Of a stretch of DNA of 64,000 nt, positions 51,034-62,870 are shown one piece after another. Source of the DNA: Octopus sinensis. Lineage: Eukaryota. The DNA lies in contig NC_043000.1 in assembly GCF_006345805.1 (NCBI RefSeq), positions 17,856,001 to 17,920,000 on the forward strand, read 5' to 3'. Position 1 is the stretch's first letter, and every line of letters begins with the position of its first letter. A program made the translations under genes and the position numbers. The notes beneath the pieces were generated by a model. That model saw nothing but the letters and a program-made list of their open reading frames with translations. It made no database searches and was not told where the DNA came from.

Positions 51034-51413
51034 AGGCCCAGGGGTGGCTGTGTGGTAAGTAGCTTTCTTCCCAACCACATGGCTCCAGGTTCAGTCCCAC
51101 TGCATGGCACCTTGAGCGAGTGTCTTCTGCTATAGCCTCAGGCCAGCCAAAGCCTTGCGAGTGGATTTGGTAAATGGAAACTGAAAGAAGCCTGTTTTAT
51201 ATATACATATGTATATATTTATGTGTGTGTGTCTTTGTATCTGTGTTTGTCCCCCCACCTCCACCATCACTTGACAACCAATGCTGGTGAGACCAATAGA
51301 ATAAGTACTAGGATTACAAAGAATGAGTCCTGGGGGTTGATTTCTTTGACTAAAACCCTTTAAGTCGGTGCTCCATCATGGCTGCAACCAAATGACTGAA
51401 ACAGGTAAACGAA
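51034..51413 (+). mobile_element. SINE family A, older copy
   Basis: Diverged homology from head to tail. Confidence 0.75.
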
Positions 51414-51594
51414 TATATATATATATATATATATGTAGTCCCGTTGATTCGGGGTTAACCACAGTAAATAAGGTACTCAATACATAGCAGAGTAAAATTA
51501 ATTTATTATATAGAAGGAGCTTCTACAGGACTAGAAAAGTAGTCCTGTAGAAGCTCCTTCTATATAATAAAAAAATATATATATATATATATAT

Positions 51595-53518
51595 GTCAGT
51601 ACCGCATTACTGGCCATCGTGCTGTGGGCACATAACAAACACCATCCGGTCGTGGCCGTTCGCCAGCCTCATCTAGCACCTGTGTCGGTGGCACATAAAA
51701 AGTAGTCAGTACCGCTTGTGGTACCAGTGCCGGTGGCACACAAGAATCCATCCGAACATGGCCGTAGTCAGTACCGCATCACTGGCCATCGTGCTGTGGG
51801 CACATAACAAACACCATTCGGCGTGGCCGTTCGCCAGCCTCATCTAGCACCTGTGTCGGTGGCACATAAAAACACCATCCGAAGACCCGGCAAGACTAGT
51901 CAGGCCATAAACCATGGCCCCTACCTGGGACGTAGTCAGTCCACCTGTGCATACCTTCCTCCTTGTGATACTTGTGAAGGCCTGTTGAGGCAAGTGAAAA
52001 TCAAAATCAAATCAAATCAAAACAAATCAAAATAGATGAACATCAATGGAATTTGTATCTTTGTGGTACCAGTGCCGTGGCACACAAGAGAAAACCATCC
52101 GAAAGTGGCCGTAGCCAGTACCGCATCGACTGGCCTCCGTGCGTGGGCACATGACAAACACCATCCGATCGTGGCCGTTCGCCAGCCTCATCTAGCACCT
52201 GTGTCGGTGGCACATAAAAACACCATCCGAAGACCCGGCAAGACTAGTCAGGCCATAACCCATGGCCCCTACCTGGGACGTAGTCAGTCCACCTGTGCAT
52301 ACCTTCCTCTTGTGACACTTGTGAAGACCTGTTGAGGCAAGTGAAAATCAAAATCAAAACAAATCAAAATAGATGAACATCAATGGAATCTGTATCTTTG
52401 TGGTACCAGTGCCGGTGGCACACACTTTGTGGTACCAGTGCCGGTGGGACACAAGGGAACCATCCGAACGTGGCCGTAGCCAGTTCCGCATCGACCGGCC
52501 TCCGTGCTGTGGGCACGTAACAAACACCATCCGATCATGGCCGTTCGCCAGCCTCATCTGGCACCTGTGTCGGTGGCACATAAAAACACCTTCCAAAGAC
52601 CCGGCAAGACTAGTCAGTCCACCTGTGCATACCTTCCTTCTTGTGACACTTGTGAAGACCGGTTGAGGCAAGTGAAAATCAAAATCAAAATCAAATCAAA
52701 ATAGACAAAATAGATGAACATCAATGGAATTTGTATCTTGTGGTACCAGTGCCTGTGGCACACAAGAAATCCATCAGTGCTGTAGTCAGTGCGGTGGGCA
52801 CATGACAAACACCATCCGATCGTGGCCGTTCGCCAGCCTCATCTAGCACCTGTGTCGGTGGCACATAAAAACACCATCCGAAGACCCAGCGGCAAGACTA
52901 GTCAGGCCATAACCCATGCCCCTACCTGGGACGTAGTCAGTCCACCTGTGCATACCTTCCTTCTTGTGACACTTGTGAAGACCTGTTGAGGCAAGTGAAA
53001 ATCAAAACAAATCAAAATAGATGAACATCAATGGAATTTGTATCTTTGTGGTACCAGTGCCGGTGGCACGTGGCACACAAGAAAACCATCCGAACGTGGC
53101 CGTAGCCAGTACCGCATCGACTGCCCTCCGTGCTGTGGGCACGTAACAAGCACCATCCGATCGTGGCCGTTTGCCAGCCTCATCTGGCACCTGTGTCGGT
53201 GGCACATAAAAACACCATCCGAGCGTGGCCGTCTGCCAGCCTCGTCTGGCACCTGTGTCTCGGTGGCACATGAAAAACACCATCCGAGCGTGGCCGTTTG
53301 CCAGCCTCGTCTGGCACCTGTGTTGGTGGCACATAAAATCACCCACTACACTCTCGGAGTGGTTGGCGTTAGGAAGGGCATCCAGCTGTAGAAACACTGC
53401 CAGATCTGACTGGACTGGTGCAGCTTTCGGGCTCCCCAGACCCCAGTTGAACCGTCCAACCCATGCTAGCATGGAAAGCGGATGTTAAATGATGATGATG
53501 ATGATGATGATGATGATA
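51595..53518 (+). repeat. Higher-order tandem array (~5 units of ~307-341 bp, built from ~60-bp modules) ending in a family D body
   Basis: Marker ATGAACATCAATGGAA recurs at 52036, 52373, 52714 and 53021; the canonical D body and (ATG)n tail follow at ~53330-53518. Confidence 0.85.
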
Positions 53519-54479
53519 TATATAAACATCCTACAGTGGAGATGACAAAGGACTGAGACAATTTGGTGTGCTTGAGAAGACCTGCCCAGCAAAGCAAAAT
53601 CATGACCATAGGGACATGCTCTTTATGTCTGTATTCCCCAACCCCACAGAAAATATGTCCTTGAGAAACCACTTCCCCACATCCCATCTTCCCAGCACCT
53701 CCTCCTTTCTCCCACAGATGCTCGCCATCTGCTCTACCTACCTCCCCTCTACCTCCCTGTCACACCTGTTGAATATCTTCTCTTCTCCACAACATATCCC
53801 CCCCTGACACCCCCTCCTATTTCTTCTCACTCACTACATTCTCTCTCTTCTGCCCCCCCCCCCTGTTAAGTCCAACAACTTTAAATTCTATAGTACTGCT
53901 GCCCTGGTTGCACCAGAGGTAAAGATGCTACAAAGAAAAGTGTGTGTGTGTGTGAAAAGGAAAAGTAGTAAATTTACAGTCAAAGTGTCATGAGATTTGC
54001 TCTGATTCCCTGTGCTCTAAGTTCAAATACAATTTAGATTGACTTTGCTTTTCATCCTTTTAGACTTAATATATATAGTAAAAACAGCCTATTGTCCTTT
54101 CTCCATCCAACTGTTACATCCTGGATGTTCTGCTTGGTCAAATATGGGAAGAGTGGAAAAGTGGCTATGACTCCTCACATCTAGATGTGCACTTAAAGCT
54201 ATTAGCAAAAGTATATTTTATGCTGATATATCTAGTCATACTGACCGCAAGTGATATCCATATCGTATTTGTCAATGATGTAAGCATTGTTGAGTAAAAT
54301 GAAAGACTACTACTTTTTGAAATCTCTTGTGTTATTCATTTTGCTGCAAGTTACACAGACACCCTCTTGTCATTCCGACTGCCAGAAATGTTGTGAACCA
54401 GTGATTGATTGGCCTGGTGGAAATTACAACCAACAAAACTTATTGTTTACTAATTGCAATATAAAATAAAGATCTTTGT

Positions 54480-54520
<41 letters not shown>

Positions 54521-54851
54521 GTATATATATATATACACACACACACACATATATATATGCATATATATATGCATATTATAGGGAGAGTTTACGAAAAAAA
54601 CAAAAGACGAAGACAGGTGGTGTACAAAACAAACAGATGTATTAGTATAACGCTCAGGAATAGAAAAAGTCTTTTACATTTCGAGCCTACGCTCTTCTAC
54701 AGAAAGGGACACAGAAAGAACAAGGACAGAAAAAAATAAAAATATATATATATATATTATATATATTATTATTATGTTTATTATTATTATTATTATTATT
54801 ATTAAAATCACTAGTGTTGTTATTAAAAACTGGTATTTTCCTTTGCTCTCG

Positions 54852-54918
54852 CTCCGAGTCTTGTATTACTATTTCCTTCCAGACAAAGTGACTATAAGTA
54901 GTAATGTGAAACTCGGAG
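54852..54918 (+). ncRNA. Candidate intronic pre-miRNA-like hairpin
   Basis: 67 nt; 21 of 22 stem positions pair (4 G:U, 1 C-A mismatch); 23-nt loop. Confidence 0.3.
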
Positions 54919-55440
54919 TAACAATGTTATTATTTTTATGTACACTTCCTTCTTGTACACGTACATATGTGTATATGTAAATGCCTGTGTGTGTATGTGG
55001 CTTTGGCTATGACTGGGCCTTTATATATGAGCATTGTGTAGAATATAACCATAGAGTTGTAAACAGTATTATATAAAACTGTTGACATACTTTATAGTTT
55101 TTAATGTGTATGTTTTTTTTTATTTTTGTTGTTTTTTATAACTTTTTTGGCATACGGAAATTACTGAAATATTTTACATCTGTTCATAAATATGTGCTTG
55201 TGTGTGTGTGTTCAAACACCAGTCTCCCCATCACACACACAAACACATTTGAGAGGGAGAGAGAGAGAGAGGGAGTGTGTGTAAGGAGAGAGAGAGTGAG
55301 AGAAAGAAAAAAGAGAGAGACAGACAGACGTGTGTCATTTAATGTGTGTGTGTTTTTGCTTAAATACAAGATAAGTCCTCGAAATTGTTTGCAAGACTTA
55401 TCTCCCTTAGTCATGTGTTATTTTAACATTTTTTTTTTAG

Positions 55441-55608
55441 TTTTACTCCTTTATTTGTTTCAGTCATTTGACTGTGGCCATGCTGGAGCACTGCCTTTAG
55501 TCGGGCAAATCGACCCCGGGACTTATTCTTTGTAAGCCCAGTACTTATTCTATCGGTCTCTTTTGCCGAACTGCTAAGTGACGGGGACGTAAACACACAC
55601 ACACACAC

Positions 55609-55662
<54 letters not shown>

Positions 55663-55823
55663 CAGGCTTCTTTCAGTTTCCGTCTACCAAATCCACTCAC
55701 AAGGCATTGGTCGGCCCGGGGCTATAGCAGAAGACACTTGCCCAAGATGCCACGCAGTGGGACTGAACCCGGAACCATGTGGTTGGTTAGCAAGCTACTT
55801 ACTACACAGCCACTCCTGCGCCT
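55441..55823 (-). mobile_element. SINE family A with internal deletion (further copies ~29935-30300, 59580-59943, 63073-63436)
   Basis: Head CACTCCTGCGCCT and tail homologous to the other copies. Confidence 0.8.
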
Positions 55824-56221
55824 ATTGTTTATTCTTTTTATTAATGTTTTACAAACATTTACCTTCTGACTTATATAAGTTGTTGTTCTTGATCTCTGAT
55901 CAAAGCCATTCCAGCCTTGACTATCCTTCCTTTTTTGCATATCTAGAAACACAGTAAACTTGAATTTTTTTTTTCTTTTTAAGATTGTGGGATTTGATAT
56001 GAAGAAAATTTGGTTTCTCTTTCTAGCAGTTTAACCCCTTGCAAACGGATTCAGTACTGACAGTCTGTGCTGTATACTGGCCATTCAGGACATTCAGTAA
56101 CTACATAAACTTTCATACAAGGAATTTTTCAGTACATTTACAGATTCTTCTCAGTGTGGCATGTTTGGAAACACAGTGCCACACAGAGGGAGACATCGCA
56201 CTGCTCATGAACATAGTGTTT

Positions 56222-56780
56222 TGAGCCCGAAAGGATGAAAGGCAAAGTCGACCTCGGCGGAATTTGAACTCAGAACGTAACGGCAGACGAAATACGGCTA
56301 CGCATTTCGCCCCCCCCCCCCCCAACGTTAGCACACCGGGCGAAATGCATATCCATATTTCGTCTGCCGCTACGTTGTGAGTTCAAATTCCGCCGAGGTC
56401 GACTTTGCCTTTCATCCTTTCGGGGTCGATTAAATAAGTACCTATTTCTTTATTACCCACAAGGGGCTAAACACAGAGGGGACAAACAGGGACAGACATA
56501 GGTATTAAGTCGATTACATCGACCCCAGTGCATAACTGGTACTTAATTTATCGACCCCGAAAGGATGAAAGGCAAAGTCAACCTCGGCGGAATTTGAACT
56601 CACAACGTAACGCAGACGAAATACCGCTAAGCATTTCGCCCGACGTGCTAACGTTTCTGCCAGCTCGCCGCCTTAAATAAGTACCAGTTACGCATTGGGG
56701 TCGATGTAATCGACTTAATACCTATATCTGTCCTTATTTGCCCTCTGTGTGTTTAGCCCCTTGTGGGCAATAAAGAAATA
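56222..56780. mobile_element. Cluster of three family-B SINEs in alternating orientation
   Basis: A minus copy (56443-56673) sits inside a plus copy with 12-bp TSD TAAATAAGTACC (56431-56442, 56674-56685). Another minus fragment (56222-56311) is joined via poly-C. Confidence 0.8.
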
Positions 56781-57228
56781 AGTGTTTTGATGTGGTCATT
56801 ACTGCTTCCTGTCTGCAAGGGCTTAAGTGACTACATAGTACTAGACTGGGTTTCATGCCTGTTTCTTCTATCTGTTCAAATCTTTAGTGATAGTTCCTAA
56901 TGCACCTGTTACTACTGGGATACGTTTTACCCGCACTTTCTATAGTCTCTGTAATTCAATGAACTACAGAGACTATTGAATCATCATCATCATCGTCATC
57001 ACCACCACCATCATCATCATCATTATTATTATTAGTGGTATTTTCTTTGTCTTAACGTTCTGAGTTCAACTTCCATGAAGGTTGATGTTGCCTTTCAGTA
57101 TCCTGGAGTTCATGAAGTAATTATCAGTTGAGCACTGTGACTGGTGTAATTAACTAGCCCTCATCCCAAAATTTCACGCCTTGTGTCTATATTAGAAAGG
57201 ATTATTATTATTATTATTATTACTATTA

Positions 57229-57259
<31 letters not shown>

Positions 57260-57351
57260 TATTATTATTTATTATTATTATTATTTATTATTTATTATTA
57301 TTTATTATTATTATTATTTATTATTATTATTATTTATTATTATTATTATTA

Positions 57352-57384
<33 letters not shown>

Positions 57385-57859
57385 GGAAGGTAGCAAGCTG
57401 GCAGAATTATTACTGCACCAAGCAAAATGGCTTTGGCTTGGCTTCATGCTCTTGCTCGATGTAATGGGGTCATTCTAAGTTAGTGATCCCAGAGGCATCA
57501 TCCATGTGTAGAGCGTACCAGCCCCTCTGCATCCTGCAAGGTTTTCAGTGGTATTCCTTCTGGCTTCTCATTCTGAGTTCAGATGCCACCAAGATTGAAT
57601 TTACTTTTCATCCTTGTGGGGGTTGATAAAATAAGAACTGGCCAAGCACTGGGTCCATGATATTGATTTACTCCTTCCCCTAAAATTGCTGGCCTCATGC
57701 CAAGATTTAAAACAAATTAAAAGTGGCAGGCTGTCAGAATTGTTAGCATGCTGGACAAAATGCTTTGTGGAATTTCGTCTCTGTCTTTATGAAACTGTCC
57801 AATCCATGTCAGCATTTAAGATGAACGTTAAATGACAATGATGATAATAATATCTATAT

Positions 57860-58270
57860 CATCATCATCATCATCATCGTTTAACGTCCGCTTTCCATGC
57901 TAGCATGGGTTGGACGGTTCAACTGGTGTCTGTGAAGCCAGAAGGCTGCATCAGGCCCAGTCTGATCTGGCAGTGTTTCTATGGCTGGATGCCCTTCCTA
58001 ACACCAACCACTCCATGAGTGTAGTGGGTGCTTTTTACGTGCCACCGGCACGGGGGCCAGGCGAGGCTGGCAAACGGCCACGAACGGATGGTGCTTTTTA
58101 CGTGTCACCAGCACGGAGGCCAGTCAGGGCGGCGCTGGCAACGGCCACGATCGGATGGTTCGCTTACTTGTCACCGGCACTGGTATCACAGCCGCAATTT
58201 CCATTGATGTTGATCGACTTCGATTTTGGTTCTGCTTTCTGATATCTGATTTGATTTGGTTTGATTTGAT
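57860..58270 (-). mobile_element. Family D copy with 5' modules, ending ~50 nt before the DUS4L acceptor
   Basis: Reverse complement of the D body plus two modules and a (TCAAA)n-like spacer. Confidence 0.8.
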
Positions 58271-58321
58271 ATTGATTTATGTATATTTGTATATGTATAT
58301 TTGTTTATATCTCCACTTCAG

Positions 58322-58443
58322 GTTACCATTTCGACTTTTGACTCGAAAATATGGTGTAGACTTGGCTTATACTCCGATGATAGTCTCAAATAGTTTTCTC
58401 TGCTCATTGAAGGCCAGAGACAGCGATTTCACAACTTGTAATG
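58322..58443 (+). CDS. DUS4L: DUS4L coding exon (K-LPFRLLTRKYGVDLAYTPMIVSNSFLCSLKARDSDFTTCN)
   Basis: Matches the DUS4L segment LAFRTLVRKY..YTPMI..KARDSEFTT. Acceptor ccacttcAG at 58320-58321, donor G|GTGAGT at 58444. The 122 nt exon continues the phase of exon 13262-13413. Confidence 0.93.
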
Positions 58444-60354
58444 GTGAGTAGTATTAGAAAGTTACATTCTCTTTTGTTGTCGCTGTTGTTGTTGTTGTTG
58501 TTGTTGGGTGTGGTGGTGGTGGTGTGGTGGTGTGTGTGTGTGTGTGTGTGTGCATGCGTGCATGTTCATGTACTCTTTAGATCAGCCCTGATTAAAACAG
58601 ACTTATGACCATGATCTACAATGTCAGAATTGACTTAGGACTAAAGACAGCAGCAACAGCTGTTTAAAAAAAAATTGTTACTGTCAATAATATCAGACAT
58701 TGTAAGCATTAGTTTGTGTTAGAAAAAGAACAGGCTCACTGAGAGAACACAAAATGTATCTCTTAGGATACTGTAGGTACAGGGTTCAAATCTAATCAGT
58801 GGTCTTTTATTTTCTGTCCCAAATTGGATATTACAATATCTGATCTCATTTGCTCACAGTATTATCAAGTTTTAACATATTCTATAACCACCATATCATA
58901 ATGATTGTAGACTGGCGGAATCATGAGAACATTCAACTTGTAATTGTTCCAGCTCTTTGCATTCTGAAAGTCAAATTTTCCAGGGTTTTCCAGGGATTGA
59001 TAAGATAGAGGACCAGTTTAATACTGGAGTAAAATCTCCCTCTCACTCCCACTCCTCTCTTTCTCTGTCTTTTTCTGTCTCATACACACACGGTCATCCG
59101 TGAGAGGACCATGGAGGACCATTCACAGTTTTTTGTTTTTCTTTTCTCCAAGAAATGAAGGAAGGTTGAACGAAGGGGCTAAGGTGGTATAGGAGCAAGT
59201 TACCATTTCTCATTCAGTATCTTGTCTTTTACTCATTTCAACCATGAGACTGGCCATGCTAGTGCACCACCCTGAAGGATTTAGTAAAATAAATCACCCC
59301 ACCACCACCACCACCTAGTATTTATTTTAAAGACTGGTACTTATTCTATCAATCTCTTTCAGTGAACCACTAAGTTATAGGTACATAAACAAACTAACAC
59401 TAGGTGTTAAGCAGTAGTGGGGCTGCAACACAAAGCCACATGTACACATATGCACACACACAAACACACACACACACACACATACATGACAGGCTTCTGC
59501 ATAGTTTCCATGTAAAATTCATCAATAAAACATTGGTTGACTCGGGTTTATAGTTGACATTGATTGACTCAGGGTTATAGTAAAAGACACTTTGTCCACA
59601 TGGTTCCAGGTTCAGTCCCACTGTGTGGCAGCTTGGGCAAGTGTCTTCTATTATGGCCTCGGGCTGACCAAAGCCTTGTGAGTGGATTTGGTAGACGGAA
59701 ATTGAAAGAAGCCCATCGTATATATATATATGTATGTATGTGTGTGTATATGTTTGTGTGTCTGTGTTTGTCCCCCCAACAACCGATGCTGGTGTGTTTA
59801 CATCCCCATAACTTAGTGGTTTAGCAAAAGAGACCAGTAGAATAAGTACTAGGCTTACAAAGAATAAGACCTGAGGTCGATTTGCTTGACTAAAGACGGT
59901 GCTCCAACATGGCCACAATCAAATGACGGAAACAAGTAAAAGATATATATATGTGTGTGTGTGTGTCTATGTATGTATATATGTAGGCACAGGAGTGGCT
60001 GTGTGGTAATTCATCAATAAAGCATTGGTTGACTCAGGGTTTATAGTAAAAGACACCATGTCCAAGGTACTGTGCAGTGGGACTGAACCTGAAACCATGT
60101 GCTTGCAAAGACATAGACCCCCATACACACACACACTACTACCACCACCACCACCAACCCACCCCCTCCCAAAATACCATCCAAACAAACCAGAAAACAT
60201 GGCATAGAAAGTCAGATGTGCTATACTGCACATAACAGTTGTTAGAAAACAAAACAAAAATAGGGGCCTGAATTAAGTGTACAGGGCTTTATGATGAGTA
60301 ATGTGGGGCCACATGGGTGTATTCACTCCAATCTTTATTTCTTCTTTGTTTCAG

Positions 60355-60430
60355 TTGACCGGCCACTCATCGTCCAGTTTGCAGCCAGTAACACTGAAGA
60401 CTTTGTCCGCGCTTCCCAAATCGTTGTACC
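60355..60430 (+). CDS. DUS4L: DUS4L coding exon (V-DRPLIVQFAASNTEDFVRASQIVVP)
   Basis: Carries the DUS-family motif PLIVQFAA. Pyrimidine tract plus tttcAG at 60353-60354, donor CC|GTAAGC at 60431. The 76 nt exon is in phase with the previous one. The next expected exon (catalytic NCGCP) was not seen in the window. Confidence 0.92.
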
Positions 60431-60560
60431 GTAAGCAATGATCTGTCTCTCTTTCTGTTATTTATATTATGTATATTTATTTATTTCTTACCTGAAACCT
60501 GTGTTGTGGTTGTCGTTGTTGTTGTTGTTGTTGTTGTTACTTCTACAGGTGACACGTCCT

Positions 60561-60760
60561 GTGCCGGTGGCACGTAAAAAGCACCCACTACACTCACGGA
60601 GTGGTTGGCGTTAGGAAGGGCATCCAACCGTAGAAACATTGCCAGATCAGACTGGAGCCTGGTGCAGCCTTCTGGCTTCCCAGATCCCCTGTCGAACCGT
60701 CCAACCCATGCTAGCGCGGAAAACGGACGTTAAACGATGATGACGATGATGATGATGATG
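60561..60760 (+). mobile_element. Family D copy ~130 nt after the DUS4L donor at 60431
   Basis: Canonical D body with (ATG)n tail. Confidence 0.8.
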
Positions 60761-61525
60761 ACTACTTCTCCTATCACTACCACTGTTGATATCACTATTA
60801 CAAATTTTCTGCTGTTACTACTTTCTAATACTACTACTACTACTACTACTGCTACACAGTTTTGGGTTTGTGTTTCTTTCTCTTCCTTTAGGATTAAGTC
60901 AGATATTGCTGTTGAAATGTTTCCTCTTTAACCCTTTTTATAAACACCCATACTTGAGTACTTTTGTTATAAAAATCTCAGCTGAGTAATCAGCAGTACA
61001 CAACTTCTTTTGTGGGTCCCTAAATCTCCACTTGAGGCTTTGTTTTCATTTACTGGTGGCAAGGCATGTCTCAACCTCATGGAAACCATTCCACTTCATT
61101 TCAAACTTTTGGCTTCAACTCGAAATTGTAAGTGTAAGGTGAATGCCTAATGAAGTTAGGCACAGTCATAGCTGTGTGGTTAAGAAGTTCACTTCTTTAC
61201 TATTACATGGTTTCAGGTTCAGTCCCAATGTGCAGCACTTCAGGCAAGTGTTTTCTACTATAGCTTCAAGCTGATCGATGCCTTGCAGATTGTAGACAGA
61301 AACTGAAAGAAGCCTGTTATATATATATATAAATAACGATATTATATATATACATATAAATAACGATATATATATATACATATATATATATAATATATAC
61401 ATACATATATATATATACATACATATATATACATATATATATATTATACATATATATATATATATATACATACATATATATATATATATAACGATATATA
61501 ATATATATTATACATATAATTATAT

Positions 61526-61578
<53 letters not shown>

Positions 61579-61580
61579 TC

Positions 61581-62132
61581 CAAAATCTATCCGTTCTTAC
61601 AGGAGATAAAATAATGAACAAAATTTTTGGCTCACATAAAATTATCAAGAGCAAAATGCAACCGAAATCATTGAAAAAAATATGAACCAATGCAAGACTA
61701 TATCCATTAACAACAGAACCAAAAGTGAAAAAGTGCGGTTGGCCTAACTGTGGCACATGCCCCCACCTTTGGGAGGGTACAGAGTTCCACTTTAAACAAG
61801 GTGAAATATTGAAGATAAAATCAAATTTTACCTGTGCCTTGGGAAACCTAATCTATACTATTATTTGCTAAGGGTGCGGTAATCAACATCTTGGCCAAAC
61901 AGGAATGTCACTCCATTGAAGAACAACTCTTCATAAAAAACAAATCTGCTACTCACAATACAGATAGATACAGGTCAGTGAACACATAGAAAGGTGTGCT
62001 AGGAACCTTAATCCTAACTTTCTAATTTTCCCTTTCTATCAATGTTCACAGAACACCTCGGTACAGCAAAGAATGAATAAAGAGGCAACTTTCATCAATA
62101 AATATCATCCACAATTGAACATGAACACATAA
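61581..62132 (+). mobile_element. Penelope-like element remnant: Cys-rich linker plus GIY-YIG endonuclease, with several in-frame stops
   Basis: One frame reads KCGWPNCGTCPHL...NFTCALGNLIYTIIC*GCGNQHLGQTGMSLH*R...H...KEATFINKYHPQLN*, the Neptune/Penelope GIY-YIG pattern. Confidence 0.8.
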
Positions 62133-62522
62133 CATAATACAGAACGCTACTAACCTCACCAATAATACCACTAATTCCCATACATTCCATACACCATTCA
62201 AATTACAGTATTATATCTACCCTAATTGCACCACTTCAGAACTACTTATCTCCCTTGCATATAACCTTTTTGCTCAGGGACCAGTAGACCCGACACTGTT
62301 TGGAAATCGGTGCTGTTTCAAAGCCAATGAACAGCTTTTGACAATACCAGTATGACTTTGATTCTCTTTAACAATTCAAATTAATGACTTTTATTCCTCT
62401 TAACTCTACCTCAGTTCATCTATACCGTTACTTTTCATGAAAAAGGCTTTATTTTTTTTTTATATCCAATGCGCATTTTCGCTTTTTTTTCTTACTTTCC
62501 CCATATATATATATGTGTGTGT

Positions 62523-62826
62523 GTGGAGGCGCAATGGCCTAGTGTTTAGGGCAGCGGACTCGCAGTCGCAGGATCGCGGTTTCGATTCCCAGACTGGGCG
62601 TTGTGAGTGTTTATTGAGCGAAAGCACCTAAAAAGCTCCACGAGGCTCCGGCAGGGGGTGGTGATCCCTGCTGTACTCTTTCACCACTCTTTCTCCCACT
62701 CTTTCTTCTGTTGGCCTGCTCGCTTAGCCAGCGGGGTGGCGTCATTCGAAGGCTAAAACAATGCGAACGCATTGTGACCAGCGATGTGTAACAACATCTG
62801 ATGGTCTGGTCGGTCACGTGATCACA

Positions 62827-62830
<4 letters not shown>
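62523..62830 (+). mobile_element. Family-C-headed SINE with a different 3' half
   Basis: Matches family C for ~185 nt, then switches to an unrelated tail (TTGGCCTGCTCGCTTAGCC...GGTCACGTGATCACATGA). Confidence 0.75.

Positions 62831-62870
<40 letters not shown>

Larger units (their letters stand above)
13414..58321 (+). other. DUS4L: ~44.9 kb GT-AG intron of DUS4L
   Basis: The flanking exons join in frame (AA+G = Lys) and are colinear with the DUS4L protein, leaving no missing coding sequence between them. Confidence 0.85.

Noticed and set aside
52320-52350. CTGTTGAG-GCAAG-(C/T)GAAA in family D modules (similar motif on the minus strand near 41570) as a hammerhead
   Set aside because: No stem I partner and no consistent stem III or NUH site could be built.
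51595-53340. CRISPR-like look of the repeat array
   Set aside because: Eukaryotic context, no unique spacers between identical repeats, and no cas genes.
53140-53340. GCCAGCCTCGTCTGGC resembles HDV ribozyme P3/L3
   Set aside because: The required P1, P1.1 and P2 pairings and the J4/2 catalytic strand could not be found.
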